A stretch of 64,000 nucleotides of DNA from Ophelia neglecta. Lineage: Eukaryota. Below are positions 51,910 to 64,000 of the stretch, in pieces. The DNA lies in assembly GCA_965285935.1 (NCBI GenBank), contig OZ260666.1, forward strand, positions 30,318,001-30,382,000, given 5' to 3'. The position numbers were made by a program, and so were the translations under genes. The notes beneath the pieces are model-generated. The model was not told the DNA's origin and made no database searches. It saw only the letters and a program-made list of their open reading frames with translations. The first letter of the stretch is position 1; each line of letters starts with the position of its first letter.

Positions 51910-53745
51910 GTAGGTATCCCCAGCAGAACACTTGAGCCTTTCTTCTTGCAGGCCTTATGGCAGGCCGTATGGCTGGCCGTATCGCTGGCCGTATGGATGG
52001 CCTGACTGCAGACTGTTTTCCTGAGGAGCTGGAGCTATATCAAGTGTGGTTATAGCATCTGGGGACTCCTCTCCAGATACGTGCGTGTACTGCAAGGTGT
52101 TGTCCTGGCCATCAGCCGCACTGACAGAGATCCTAGTCTGATTGCTACATGCTCCCTGAACTCAGTACACGACTAAATTGAGTCGAATAGGCAGATAATG
52201 TGTTAAATATTATGGACAGAATGTATTATGCCTTTAATGGGTAACTAAGGACTGTGTGTCAAACACAGTTGAAGTCGTCTTTAACATAAAAGAGATGGAC
52301 ATCTGCTAAATACATAACCGTATTGTTTGTAATAATGTAATTTAGGAGTCCGATTTTTACTTTAGGATGTGAAAGGACAATCATTATTGATCATATTGTG
52401 TGCTGCATAAAATGTCCATCCCAAGTGGATTAAGTAGATGCAGACTGGATACATGTTATGGAGAAAGACTTGATAAATTGCCTCACTTCTTTGCTTCGCA
52501 CCAGACAAACATCTATCAATTCTGGTGGTAGAAGACTAAACTCGCCAGTTTCTCTTGATATTCCGTCACCAATCTCTAATTCACAGAGGCAGGCCATCAA
52601 TCAGAAGAGGCCTGGGAATGATCCCCAAATAATAAACTATCCTAGTTACATGCTACAATAACGTTGTGATTTAACGTCCCCTCGTATACTACAGCCGGCA
52701 CATGTGTAATTGTCGAGGGTGTTTCTAGAAGAGGCCCTCGGCGGCCGCCCTGGTCGATACCGGTCGGTGGTGGCCTGCGGATGGTCCGCCCTGACAGACC
52801 TGCCAATACTTGCTGGGAAGGTGACAAGTGCCTCATTACAGCCCCCTATAAACACCGATAGCCTGATGGTTTTAATGCTCAACCTCTCCCAACTTGAGAC
52901 CATTTTCTGCCAAGCCCAAGTATTTGCCTGTCTTTTTTTGTGTTGTGAAAGACTTGTGGTTTTATAAAACCTTTCTCTGCACTGAACCCAAATGTGATGA
53001 TTAAGGGTTTTTTATGATCTGTTATTTTATCTCCTACAGTGGGTTGCCTGTACCTTGCTCTATTTTTGGTTGGGTGTGCATTTCACAGAGGCTTCCTTTG
53101 AAGTGGAATAACATTCGAAAATAAAAGCCGAGCAGGTCACAGTGAAAGGCATGTCCTTGGGGGACATGAAAGAAGGCAGTTAGAGTGCACTGCACAATGA
53201 CCGTCTCCAAGAAGGAAGTCATCCAACATTGGCAATCACAGCCATGCCAGAGGCTAGAACCATATCTCAGAGTGCAGGCCAACTCGGGCCACTATCCAAT
53301 TGCCAGCTACTTCCTGCAAGCTCATCATGCTCATGGCAGCCATGGACAATGACCGGGAAATTGGCTAGCCAACTCTTTTTGCTGCTATTTGTGGAAAGAT
53401 TTATGAAAGTGGCCGAAGTAGCCACAGCTAACAGCTCTATTACCCTAATTATGTTAATAATTACAGACCCATCTTCCTCCACTCAAATAAAAATGGGCAG
53501 ATGGTGCTGCTTGAAATTAGCTGTGTTGTCCATCATAAATCCACACACACTATCACTTGATAGATATAATACCTGTAAACTTTATTTTCTTTGCTTTAAT
53601 TAAGGTATGAAAATAAACAGTGTGGACTATAATATGTAACCAATAGCAGTTGTCTATGTGCTGATGTGGCTCAATTGTGTTTCTCTTTGTAGCATACGCT
53701 GTATGAGACTTGTCTTATAATGACAGGTAAAATGTCCTGCTTTAC

Positions 53746-53855
53746 CTAGCCAGACTAGTGTAATGAAGTGTACTGCTATGTAATGAAGTGGCCTTGCAGG
53801 TTCTGTTTCCTGCTTTACGCTCTGCTCTTGTGACCCAGTAGAAAACACAAATCAT
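53746..53855 (-). CDS. Candidate alternative Shaker first coding exon in SNRNP70 intron 5 (MICVFYWVTRAERKAGNRTCKATSLHSSTLHYTSLAR)
   Basis: GTCATGA start, 110 nt open (phase 2) to donor TAG|GTAAAG. Hydrophobic head followed by basic residues, like N-type inactivation peptides. Confidence 0.45.
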
Positions 53856-56800
53856 GACATAGGCAACAAGATTAGTAGTGGAACTCCACAGACAAATCCC
53901 CAGCATATTGGATCCCTAGCTGTAGCTGATGCCAGTAATGTGTGGAAAGCCTTCTCAATTATTGTGCAGGACTGGCAATCATGGCGGGCGGTTTGGGTGT
54001 GATGGATCGACCCATCCTTCCCTCGCAGTCCAGCATAGCAGACTCATTTCTTTTTTTGGTTCCCTTATTGGCCGACCTTCAATGCCTTGTGCGTTATACC
54101 CCCATCAGTTAAGATGACATGCCTCTGGCATACATTGCCCACACTCTATATGTATACCTTGGTGCTCATACATGTAGGCTGACAAGAAACATGGCTTTTG
54201 CTTTGCTCTGCACAATGATGATGAATGGCTTTTGAATGTTTAGTCTTGTGGGCGTCTTGATAGTCCAGAGAACAATGGAGAAAGGGCCAGGTATTTTGCC
54301 TGCGGCTCCCCATGATTTATCAACTGCTAGAATTCATGTCAGAATTTACTAGTCACCAGTAATTTTCCTCTGAAGGTTGATTGTGGGTTTTAGAGTTAAG
54401 ATTCAGCCCAGAACAATCTATCTCTGGCACCAGCCACTTGTTAATGTTGATGCCTGTTTTATCCTCAGTGAAGCAGCTGCCTTTGTGTAAGGTGACCAAG
54501 TACCCTGTCCACCGGTTGAGATAGGTGGTGACCGAGCAGTTTGTCAGGCTATACTCTGCACCCTCTGCCTTGAGGTGTAGACACAGGGCAGGGAAGGCAG
54601 GTCATTTCCTTACCATCGCTGGCCACAGTACACTGTATACCTACCTTCAGAGAGGGAGCTCTCTTTACCTGATGATATTTACCCGCTCTCGGCAAACCTC
54701 GATAAAAAGGTGTTGAAAACCTCACATTGCAGGCTCAAGGAAAAGATACTTGGCAAGTAGTACAAAAAAGTCGTTTAACCAGCACAGAAGTCATATCCAT
54801 TTCATAGGCAAGAAGTGCCAAAGTCGTCTGCTATTTATTCCGAGACTTTCATGTTAAGTATGGTCTGGTATTTTGTGTTTATTAATTCAGTGATTTCTGT
54901 TGGAATTCTGTTGTCAATGATATAAACATTAATGAAGTGGGGAAACAAAACCAGAATCCATATTCATGATATTGAATGAACATTTTTGATGTTATTTGAA
55001 CATATATTTGGAATAAAGCTAATCCCAGTTAAGAGCATGGATGGAAAACATTGAAGGGAAAGTTTGATTATTTAATGATATGTTTAAATTATGCAGAAAT
55101 TGATGGCTTCTATTCCACAAGATGCAATAAACAAGCCTTTATACATCATGTATGGAATCTATACCCATTGATCCAGCCATTCACCCGTTTATAAAGTGGG
55201 GCTCACTGAAAACCCAAAGTATTTATCAGGTTTGCCTTAAAACATACAAAAAATAGGTGCAACTGCAGGCATACATTAGCCTTTCTATTTACCAGAGTAG
55301 GATGAAGGGGAATCTGCAAAATGCCATCCCTTTTCTTATAGCATGGCATACTGAGCAGCCAGAGTGTTTGTACCATTTAGCGTGGTGCTCTTGTTAATGT
55401 GAGATGTTATATGAAGCAATATAAATATAGATTGTAGCAACGTAAACTTTGGCCAAATTGTTTATGCATTCCCCAAGTAAACGTAGATCCATACCAAACT
55501 CATTGTGTAGATTGCTAATTAACCAAGCAATTTAGACTGCATCCAAAATGGCCTATCATGGAAATGAGATATGTGTGATAGAAATGAGCATCAGCACCCA
55601 CCTGAGACTCCATATGTTAGTATGTTAGGAGCTGTGTCCGCCTTGGAGCTTCTAGAGAGCTACGCCATGGGCCAGGCCCTGTCATGTGGGCTGACCAATA
55701 CAGGTATCACGGATGTCACAGCAATCACAACACGTTTTATAATCCGAGGCTGAGAAGACCATGCACCACAGTCAACCTCTCACTTCCTTGTTAGGGATCC
55801 ATTAGGCATACAGTGCCACTTACAGGTACAGGTGCTGAGACTTGAACACACAAATAGGGAGATTGCTGCCAGGCTTGGTGAGGACAACTGTCGACAGCGT
55901 GCCAGTTAATGAACATACATGGGAAGGTTGATCCTGCCTGATTCACTTGCTGTGCTGCTGCATGTGGAAAGAGCGCTGCCTCTACTGGCGAGATCAATGT
56001 GCTCTGCCTCTCCCCAGTGTGCTTGCAGGATGTGTGTGCTCGTGTGTGCAGACTTGTATGTTAGGTGTGTACATTGGATGATGTGGACATCCCTCTCACC
56101 ACTGGCAGCTGAGGCAGCCTATTTCAGTCTCTTGTCCGTTCTTGACTGTCACCCACTGGCTCTTCACCTAGGTCTCCTTATATTGGCTAATTGTCTTTCT
56201 AGATGCTACTGCTTTGTTGTTTTAGGTATCTGCCTGTATAGAGTGGAGAGACTGGCCTATGTGTCCTGACACAGAAGGCCTGGCCTTTCTTTGTCTGTCT
56301 AGTCTAGCGGACAAGCTTGTTTTACAGATGGCTGGCCAGAACAAGATTTCCACCTTTAAAACAAGCTGACACTTGGCTGCTTGCTGCCTAATTAGGATCA
56401 AGTCAATCTCCAATAAGGCTCTCTGATACGCTCAATAGCCAGCTGTGTAAAGCCCAGTCCACGCGGCCATTTATTGATATTAAAACCACCGTCAGACACC
56501 CACATCTGTTGCTATCTGCCATGCTTTATTTTCTCCACAGCTCTAACTACGGTCTGATGTCTACCTATTTACGAGTGCTCTCCTCCGCTGTACAGGTAGG
56601 CAGTGCCCAGTAGAGCTGAATATCGAGAGGCCCACCTGATTACCACCACCTCTCACTGCTGAATTATATAGCTGAATGTTTGTGAAGAAACGACATGCAA
56701 AGGAGGTGTACACATTTAGTTAAAGTAGTTGATGAGCCATGTTTTGGTTTCAGTGTAAACTGTGATGGCAGCTGACAGTAAGGTAAACATAGTCATCAAC

Positions 56801-57939
56801 TGATACCATTATAGTAGTATCCTCAATATTTCCACCCGGAAATCAATTGTTTGCTAAGCAACGTTTTTTTAGTGATTGTTAGAATAACAACAAAATCGTG
56901 ACTAGAAGCTGTAACAAATATTGGCGAGTGGAGCTGGGAAATGAGGAATTGAATCAGACTAGCACGACCTCACTTGTCAGGCTCCAGTCAAGTTTTATCC
57001 CAATTTATTAGCCTTGATCAAGTTTATTGCACTCTATAGTGCATGCTCTGGCTGTATGTTAGACCATAGAGAGGATGAAATGGAGCAAAAACCAACATCT
57101 TTGGGATAAGTTGAAAATGTCAGCGTAAAAAGAACCTGCTAGTTCATCTGTCTTTTCATTCTAGATATTTATACATGAAAATCTTTCTGCAGTCTTTGCA
57201 GTGGACGCTCTGGACATAATCTAATTGTTTGCAAATTTTAGAGGAACTGGAAAAATGACAATTCAAGGTCCCTTGCCATTTAGGAATTGATTCTGAGATG
57301 GCACAATTGTGGGCGGCAGCTCTTTCCAGCTTCCTGAGCTGTTTCCAGAATTGGAGGTCTGATGAAGGGACTGATGCCTGACTCAGTTACTGATGGCAGG
57401 ATCGGTTGTCTAGCTAAAGGTCCCTCTCAGAGGTAGACAGGTTTGAATGCACGGGGCGAATCATTCATGTGCACTTCTCAAATAGTGTACTGCTGAAGTC
57501 TGTTTTATTGGTGATGCCTTCAAGGCTTGTTGATTCAGTTTGTCACATTTTTTGAATGTCTGTTAGCAGATTGTTACCTGACTAATAGTGTCTACAGTGC
57601 CCTTGTATTGGCAGCTTTGGTTGCTCCTTGTGACCCCAATCTTGTCAGCCAGATACCTCTCCAGCAGACTTAGCTTCCTGCCAATTGGCAGTGACCTATA
57701 AAGGTGTACTCAGGCTGGAGAGATATGGGGAGTTGCTGGAGAAAAGCATGTGAGCTGTTGGAGAGTACGGGAAAGAGCAAGGGAGCTGCTGGAGTGAGTT
57801 AGAAAGAGCAGGAGACCTGCTGGAATAAGCAATGAAGCTCCTGGAGAGAACTGGGGAACTGATGGGCAGATGCTGGGCAGATGGTGGAGATAGTTGGCCA
57901 ACTACTGGGCATGTGCTGGAGGGAGCTAGGGAACTGCTG

Positions 57940-58675
57940 GAGAGAGTAGGGAGCTGATTGGGGGAGTTGAGGAGCTGCTGGAGAGAGCTAGGGACCTGCC
58001 GGGGAGAGTTGAGGAGCTGCCTGGGGAGAGTTGAGGAGCTGCCGGGGAGAGTTGAGGAGCTGCGTTGAGGAGCTGCCGGGGAGAGTTGAGGAGCTGCGTT
58101 GAGGAGCTGCCGGGGAGAGTTGAGGAGCTGCCTGGGGAGAGTTGAGGAGCTGCCTGGGGAGAGTTGAGGAGCTTCGTTGAGGAGCTGCCGGGGAGTTGAG
58201 GAGCTGCCTGGGGAGAGTTGAGGAGCTGCCTGGGGAGAGTTGAGGAGCTGCCTGGGGAGAGTTGAGGAGCTGCGTTGAGGAGCTGCCTGGGGAGAGTTGA
58301 GGAGCTGCCTGGGGAGAGTTGAGGAGCTGCGTTGAGGAGCTGCCGGGGAGTTGAGGAGCTTCGTTGAGGAGCTGCCGAGGAGAGTTGAGGAGCTGCGTTG
58401 AGGAGCTGCTGGGGAGAGTTTAGGAGCTGCCGGGGAGAGTTTAGGAGCTGCCTGGGGAGAGTTGAGGAGCTGCCTGGGGAGAGTTGAGGAGCTGCGTTGA
58501 GGAGCTGCCGGGGAGAGTTGAGGAGCTGCCGGGGAGAGTTCAGGAGCTGCTGGGGAGAGTTGAGGAGCTGCCGGGGAGAGTTGAGGAGCTGCCTGGGGAG
58601 AGTTGAGGAGCTGCCGGGGAGAGTTGAGGAGCTGCGTTGAGGAGCTGCCGGGGAGAGTTGAGGAGCTGCTGGAGG
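57940..58675. repeat. Purine-rich 13-22-bp minisatellite
   Basis: Variable units of GGGGAGAGTTGAGGAGCTGCC(T) and GTTGAGGAGCTGC. Degenerate precursor copies from ~57715. Confidence 0.95.
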
Positions 58676-60310
58676 GACCTGGAGACCTGGAGCCCTGGGC
58701 TTATACAGAACTTTCGTATTGATATAATTGGCCTCTTATTGATGTTTTCCACCCTTATCATCAAAATCAATAAAAATATACCAGTAACCTTTTTATCCTT
58801 AACCTTTTTTGTCGTCATATGTGACAATAGTTGACATGATGCCCTAGGCGACTATTGTCATCTTTTTTTAAATGTGCAGGGTACCATTTGAGTTGCTACT
58901 CCTTAAACAACAGTGGAGAACATGAAGTGTGAACTACAGTCCCCTGTGGTGTTTAGCTATGTATGTCCTGTCCCCACTTAGACTTGCTAACCTTGACCCA
59001 ATAAAGGTTTTAACCTAAACCAAAAGACTTATAAACAATTAAGTGTTAAAACATAAAATAAATTATTTAAATACTCAATTCTGTAATATATGCAAAAGGT
59101 CAAATATTGGTGCTGAATGGGTTAATGAAACATGTACTAATTATTTGTGTCCACCTATGTCAGTTTCTAAAATAATATGCCTATAATGAAAGCTAATTTG
59201 TCTGTATTAGCAATATTAAAAGACGGCTGCTAGATAATGGTTTAATTGGTTTCCACAGTTGTGGTCTTCTCCCTACCCCCCCTCCCCCTCCCCCTACACA
59301 CACACACACCCCCCCCCCCCACACACACACCCACCCCCAATCTCCGTGCAGTTGGATCTGCCTCTGTTAAAATGACTACCATGGGAGCAAGGTGATTGGC
59401 ATGTGGGTGACTAGAGCCCTCTTATATTCCATTCCCTCCATGTTATTTGCAATTAGAACGAAGGGTGGATCAAGCCGGAAGAGATTGAGCTGAGGAGCTT
59501 AGCTCGGGCACTTGGCTGGATGCTTTGTGCTACGCCCCCAGCATCTACTCAGATGTCTCTAATTTTAGATAACAAGCTCATGCACACGGCTGCTTCTAAG
59601 TTAGTTGTGCTGCACACAAATTGGGATTTTGCCTGATATGCAAGTTACCATAAGTCGACATTAGCCTGCCTAGCAGTATTGCAGAATTCCTGCAGTATTT
59701 GGTTGTTGCTGCACAACAATTAGAAGTGGGCAGCCAGCTTTGAGATACTCAATATGGATATTAATGCGTCAATGCCTGCTATGTGCAGGATGTGCTATGA
59801 AATATGTGAAAAAGGCCAGGGGCTATTAAGGCATGCCTTAAGAAAAGCTGTGGATCACCTCTTGCGAGTTCATCTTGTGTGCACTCACCAGGCATCACAA
59901 TTTCTCTCGCCAGCTTCTGATGTAAAAGGATTTGTCAGCAAGAATCTTTGTAGAAGGTTGCAAATTCTTCTGGGAGTTAAAACAAGATAGTTAAGAAAAC
60001 AGCAAAATAAGTAAAGCCAGTGACTGTTATTGTCTGAATGAAACTTTGCTTTAAATAAAAATAAAAATGGATATGCATCTCAAAGATGATACAGGGTAGG
60101 TGAATAAAGATTCCACAAAAAAAGAAAATTAATGGCCCTTACATGTTGGGTGCTTTTCATTTGATAAATTTTGAAAGATTGCAGTTAACAGATTGTCTAG
60201 GGATTGAGTATTCCTGGCTAGGCTAGGATCTATTTGGCCTAGTTAAGTTTTAAAAGGCATTGACATCTACGTTTTGACTAGGTAAAGACTAGTTGGATAA
60301 AAAATTGCAT

Positions 60311-60377
60311 TAGAGTTCACAAGATACCCACGAGACAAGGAACTAGAGTTCACAAGATACCCACGAGACAAGGAACT
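60311..60377. repeat. Perfect 33-bp tandem duplication
   Basis: TAGAGTTCACAAGATACCCACGAGACAAGGAAC twice. Confidence 0.9.
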
Positions 60378-60960
60378 GGGAAAATACAAATCATTTGTTC
60401 AGTCTCTGTTGACCACATTTGTCTTTAGAAAGAAAGAAAATATTCTCGCTTTGAAGTGCAAAGTGCTTCCCTTTCAGTGGCACATTATACACCTCAATTT
60501 GAGATTATAAGCTCATTATTCAATGAAATACTGGGATGAAATTGAGCATTGAGTGTGAGGTTGTGTAGTTATTGGAATGCTTTGTCAAAGAAGTGCAAAC
60601 AGGGGTCTCTATTTTTATCTTGCTATGGTGTAACTGCCATTGTGTAACTGTTTGAGCAGATGAGCACTCCCTCTTCACTGCTCTTTGTCTATCTATCATC
60701 ATGGTCTGCATTGAATAATATATGAAACTGTGTTTCCACCCCTGATGTAGTTACTATATATGGAATCATGTACCTGGCTCCAATATCTCCTACCATAAGA
60801 TGTGTAGGGTCCTGACAAAGAAAGGACTGATCTAAATAACACCATCCTCTACTACTAGTATACCTCTCTCCTAGTCCTTATAACAGACTTGCCATCGTAT
60901 GGTATTGACCAGATATCTGTGGATTGAGGGGGGGGGGGGGGGGGGTCAGGGGGAGCAGGC

Positions 60961-61893
60961 GTACCTGCCTTGTCAGGGCAGTTGGGCTGGTCTCCTGACA
61001 TACCTGCCTTGTAAGGGCAGTTGGGCTGGTCTCCTGACATACCTGCCTTGTCAGGGCAGTTGGGCTGGTCTCCTGACATACCTGCATTGTAAGGGCAGTT
61101 GGGCTGGTCTCAGACATACATGTACCTGCCTTGTCAGGGCAGTTGGGCTGGTCTCAGACATACCTGCCTTGTAAGGGCAGTTGGGCTGGTCTCAGACATA
61201 CCTGCCTTGTAAGGGCAGTTGGGCTGGTCTCAGACATACCTGCCTTGTAAGGGCAGTTGGGCTGGTCTCCTGACATACCTGCCATGTCAGGGCAGTTGGG
61301 CTGGTCTCCTGACATACCTGCCTTGTAAGGGCAGTTGGGCTGGTCTCCTGACATACCTGCCTTGTCAGGGCAGTTGGGCTGGTCTCCTGTCATACCTGCC
61401 TTGTCAGGGCAGTTGGGCTGGTCTCCTGATATACCTGCCTTGTCAGGGCAGTTGGGCTGGTCTCAGACATACCTGCCTTGTAAGGGCAGTTGGGCTGGTC
61501 TCAGACATACCTGCCTTGTCAGGGCAGTTGGGCTGGTCTCCTGATATACCTGCCTTGTCAGGGCAGTTGGGCTGGTCTCCTGACATACCTGCCTTGTAAG
61601 GGCAGTTGGGCTGGTCTCAGACATACCTGCCTTGTAAGGGCAGTTGGGCTGGTCTCAGACATACCTGCCTTGTAAGGGCAGTTGGGCTGGTCTCCTGACA
61701 TACCTGCCTTGTCAGGGCAGTTGGGCTGGTCTCCTGATATACCTGCCTTGTCAGGGCAGTTGGGCTGGTCTCCTGACATACCTGCCTTGTCAGGGCAGTT
61801 GGGCTGGTCTCAGACATACCTGCCTTGTAAGGGCAGTTGGGCTGGTCTCCTGACATACCTGCCTTGTCAGGGCAGTTTGGCTGGTCTCCTGAC
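60961..61893. repeat. 38/39-bp minisatellite, about 24 copies
   Basis: Unit GACATACCTGCCTTGT(A/C)AGGGCAGTTGGGCTGGTCTC(CT/A). It accounts for the many repetitive ORFs in the track. Confidence 0.97.
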
Positions 61894-62684
61894 TGCATTT
61901 AAAGGAGTATTTGCATCTTCTGTGCTGCATTAATAAACAAGTGCTGCCAAGTCTCAGACACAACTAGCATAAGACATTTTCAGCTTTTTGCCTTCTCCAG
62001 CCATTGAGAGGCTCTTCTCTTGCATCTCAAGTGATATTTCCTGCATCTATGGCACATTTTCTTGATTTTAGAATACGGCATGTAATATGACCTTGATTGA
62101 GGTGATGGTTTCTACTAGACTATTTCTGAATTCCTACTAGACAACCCAGCCTAGGAAGATTCAAATGCCTGATTGTGCTTCAGAAAGACATCAATTGAGC
62201 ATTTGATTTTCTTCTGTTACACATAGTCTGGGACAGATAAGGGTTGCAGAAATAAGTGCTATAATCCAAAAAAAAACTTGGCCCTATTAATCTGTAAAGG
62301 GTCCCATTGTACAGAGCTGGGGAATGTCCTGCACATGTTTAATAATAACACAGCTGCCTCTATAGACTGAAGCAGGGTACCTCAATCAGCAGCCAATCTA
62401 ATAATGGCTAAAATAGTTTTAATTATTAAATGTTAATTTGATGGATTAACTTGTAAATTTTCTCTGCACAATTTAGTGCCATTTACAATTTAAGAAAGAT
62501 GTTTAACATATACAGTTATGAAGAACACCCTTTGGATCATGGTCTCCCTTTATTGTGTAGCAGATACTGACGCTCAGCAACCACTCTACATTACTGATAC
62601 CAAAAGGGCATTGATCATAGTAAATTTTAAGGGTTTTGTTGCAGTTACAATTATAGTGGGTGACCCTGGTAAAGTAGTCAGTCA

Positions 62685-62955
62685 GTTTATGCTAGGAGTG
62701 AACCAGGTTATGGTAGTAAAGAACCAGATGATGCTAGTAGTGAAGGCGGCATTGTTAGTAGATGAGTAGCGAACCAAGTTAAGGCCAGTAGAGAATCATG
62801 TAATGCTAGTAGACAAAGGTAATGGTAATAGAGAACCAAGTAATGTATGTAGACAGTTAGAGCACCCAGTTTTGCTAGTCGAGAACCAGGTTATGTATGT
62901 GGACTAGGTGTGATCTGGGTTATGCCAGTAGAGAACCAGGTAGTACCAGTGGTGA
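62685..62955. repeat. Degenerate ~22-bp tandem repeat
   Basis: Recurrent GAGAACCAGGTTATGCTAGTA-like units. Confidence 0.55.
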
Positions 62956-63855
62956 CCTGTAGTACTGTTAAGATCCTTTGTCATGTGACATTCATCCTGA
63001 TAACTAGTGGCTTCCTAGATGAAGTGCCACAGTTTCACTTGAAGCCTTTCAATCAGGTTGCAGTTAAAAATTGTTGCTTTATTTTAAGTCTGCCTTGAAA
63101 CGCGAATGGCATTGGAGAGTGGTGATGGAGCCATGTCAATTGATTTGCTGGCAGCCTGGATTCAGAACATGCCCCAATCCTGTCAGCGCCTCCTTCCTTT
63201 ATCACAGCCGGTGGGCCTAATCTGGTAATGGCTGGGATCGGAGGGATAAAGAACGCATGTCACCAAACTGATAAATGGACATTTTATTGGCCATGTAGAA
63301 TGATAAATAACTAGTTTTAGACAGAACATGCTGTCTGGAGAAAGAACCTGTGTGGAAAAGAAAAATAAATCTATGAATAAATATCTGTTTGTCAGTATTA
63401 TGTACGGGTAAATAATTTAATCTCGCCCTTAAATAAATAATGAAATAGGTTTCCATTTCTCTTACTTTCTTTTTTGTTGTTGAAAAATAGTTGTTCTATC
63501 TGAATTTGTGCCCACTACTTTACGGTTGTGTTGAGTGTTGCCGTCTCTCAAGATGATCAGCGTTACGTCGTGGCCGTGAATAGTGCTTCTAGACTCTACT
63601 ACTGATAATCACATTAATGTTGTTTGTTGTGTATCCTGAAATGACACCATGACAATGTATGTTGTTTTATCAATGTAACAAATATCCTATGAATAGTTGA
63701 TTAAGCCTTATTATATACTTTGATTGGCATACATATAATGTCTTACTGAGAAGTAAATGTCCGGCTATGTTGGCCATAAGCCAGTGATATTACTTGTGCC
63801 TTAGGGCAGTATTTGATATCAACATTAATATCTTGTTTTCTGTTTATTATTGCAG

Positions 63856-63937
63856 ATCAATTTGGTTGTAAACAAAAAAACTGGAAAGCCCCGAGGGTAT
63901 GCGTTCGTTGAGTATGAACACGAGAGGGACATGCATT
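63856..63937 (+). CDS. SNRNP70: U1-70K coding exon 6 ([28 protein letters not shown]); gene continues beyond the window
   Basis: TTGCAG| acceptor, 82 nt, |GTAAGT donor. RNP1 motif RGYAFVEY. Confidence 0.97.
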
Positions 63938-64000
63938 GTAAGTATCTAGACTCGGCAACCACCTTCATCAATTTCTGGGCTGTTTTGGCCAATAATGAGA

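Noticed and set aside
55293-55327. Phase-2 mini-ORF MAFCRFPFILLW
   Set aside because: Moderate donor, very short, no other support.
60774-60796. Phase-2 mini-ORF MVGDIGAR
   Set aside because: Weak donor, seven codons; chance level.
60855-61933. Many overlapping repetitive ORFs on both strands
   Set aside because: Translations of the 38/39-bp minisatellite.

Overview
This is AT-rich animal genomic DNA, most likely molluscan or lophotrochozoan, because the channel N-terminus [14 protein letters not shown] resembles Aplysia Kv1. It holds three main elements. (1) A complete but inactivated 6.1-kb Academ-type DNA transposon (9537-15653) with TAG...CTA imperfect TIRs, a TTA target duplication, and a transposase/XPG-nuclease/Cys-rich ORF broken by two stops and one frameshift. 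(2) A Shaker/Kv1 potassium-channel gene on the minus strand, readable as one exon (24293->22725, 522 aa). (3) The first six coding exons of SNRNP70 (U1-70K) on the plus strand (27072-63937), head-to-head with Shaker and with large introns. The main discovery is a textbook 3' splice site hidden inside the Shaker ORF (branch CTAAC, pyrimidine tract, CAG|G at 24181/24180). It lies in phase 2 just before SFPKL, the point where Drosophila Shaker swaps N-termini. The SNRNP70 introns carry antisense ATG-initiated exons ending in phase-2 donors that would splice in frame onto it. The best are a 215-codon exon with a hydrophobic anchor, PKA sites and a PxIxIT motif (29030-28384), a 35-codon exon (38810-38704) and a ball-peptide-like 36-codon exon (53855-53746). 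The two genes therefore appear interleaved, which could explain why human KCNA7 and SNRNP70 are also divergent neighbours. All splice junctions are predicted from sequence only. Several minisatellites and small MITEs complete the window.
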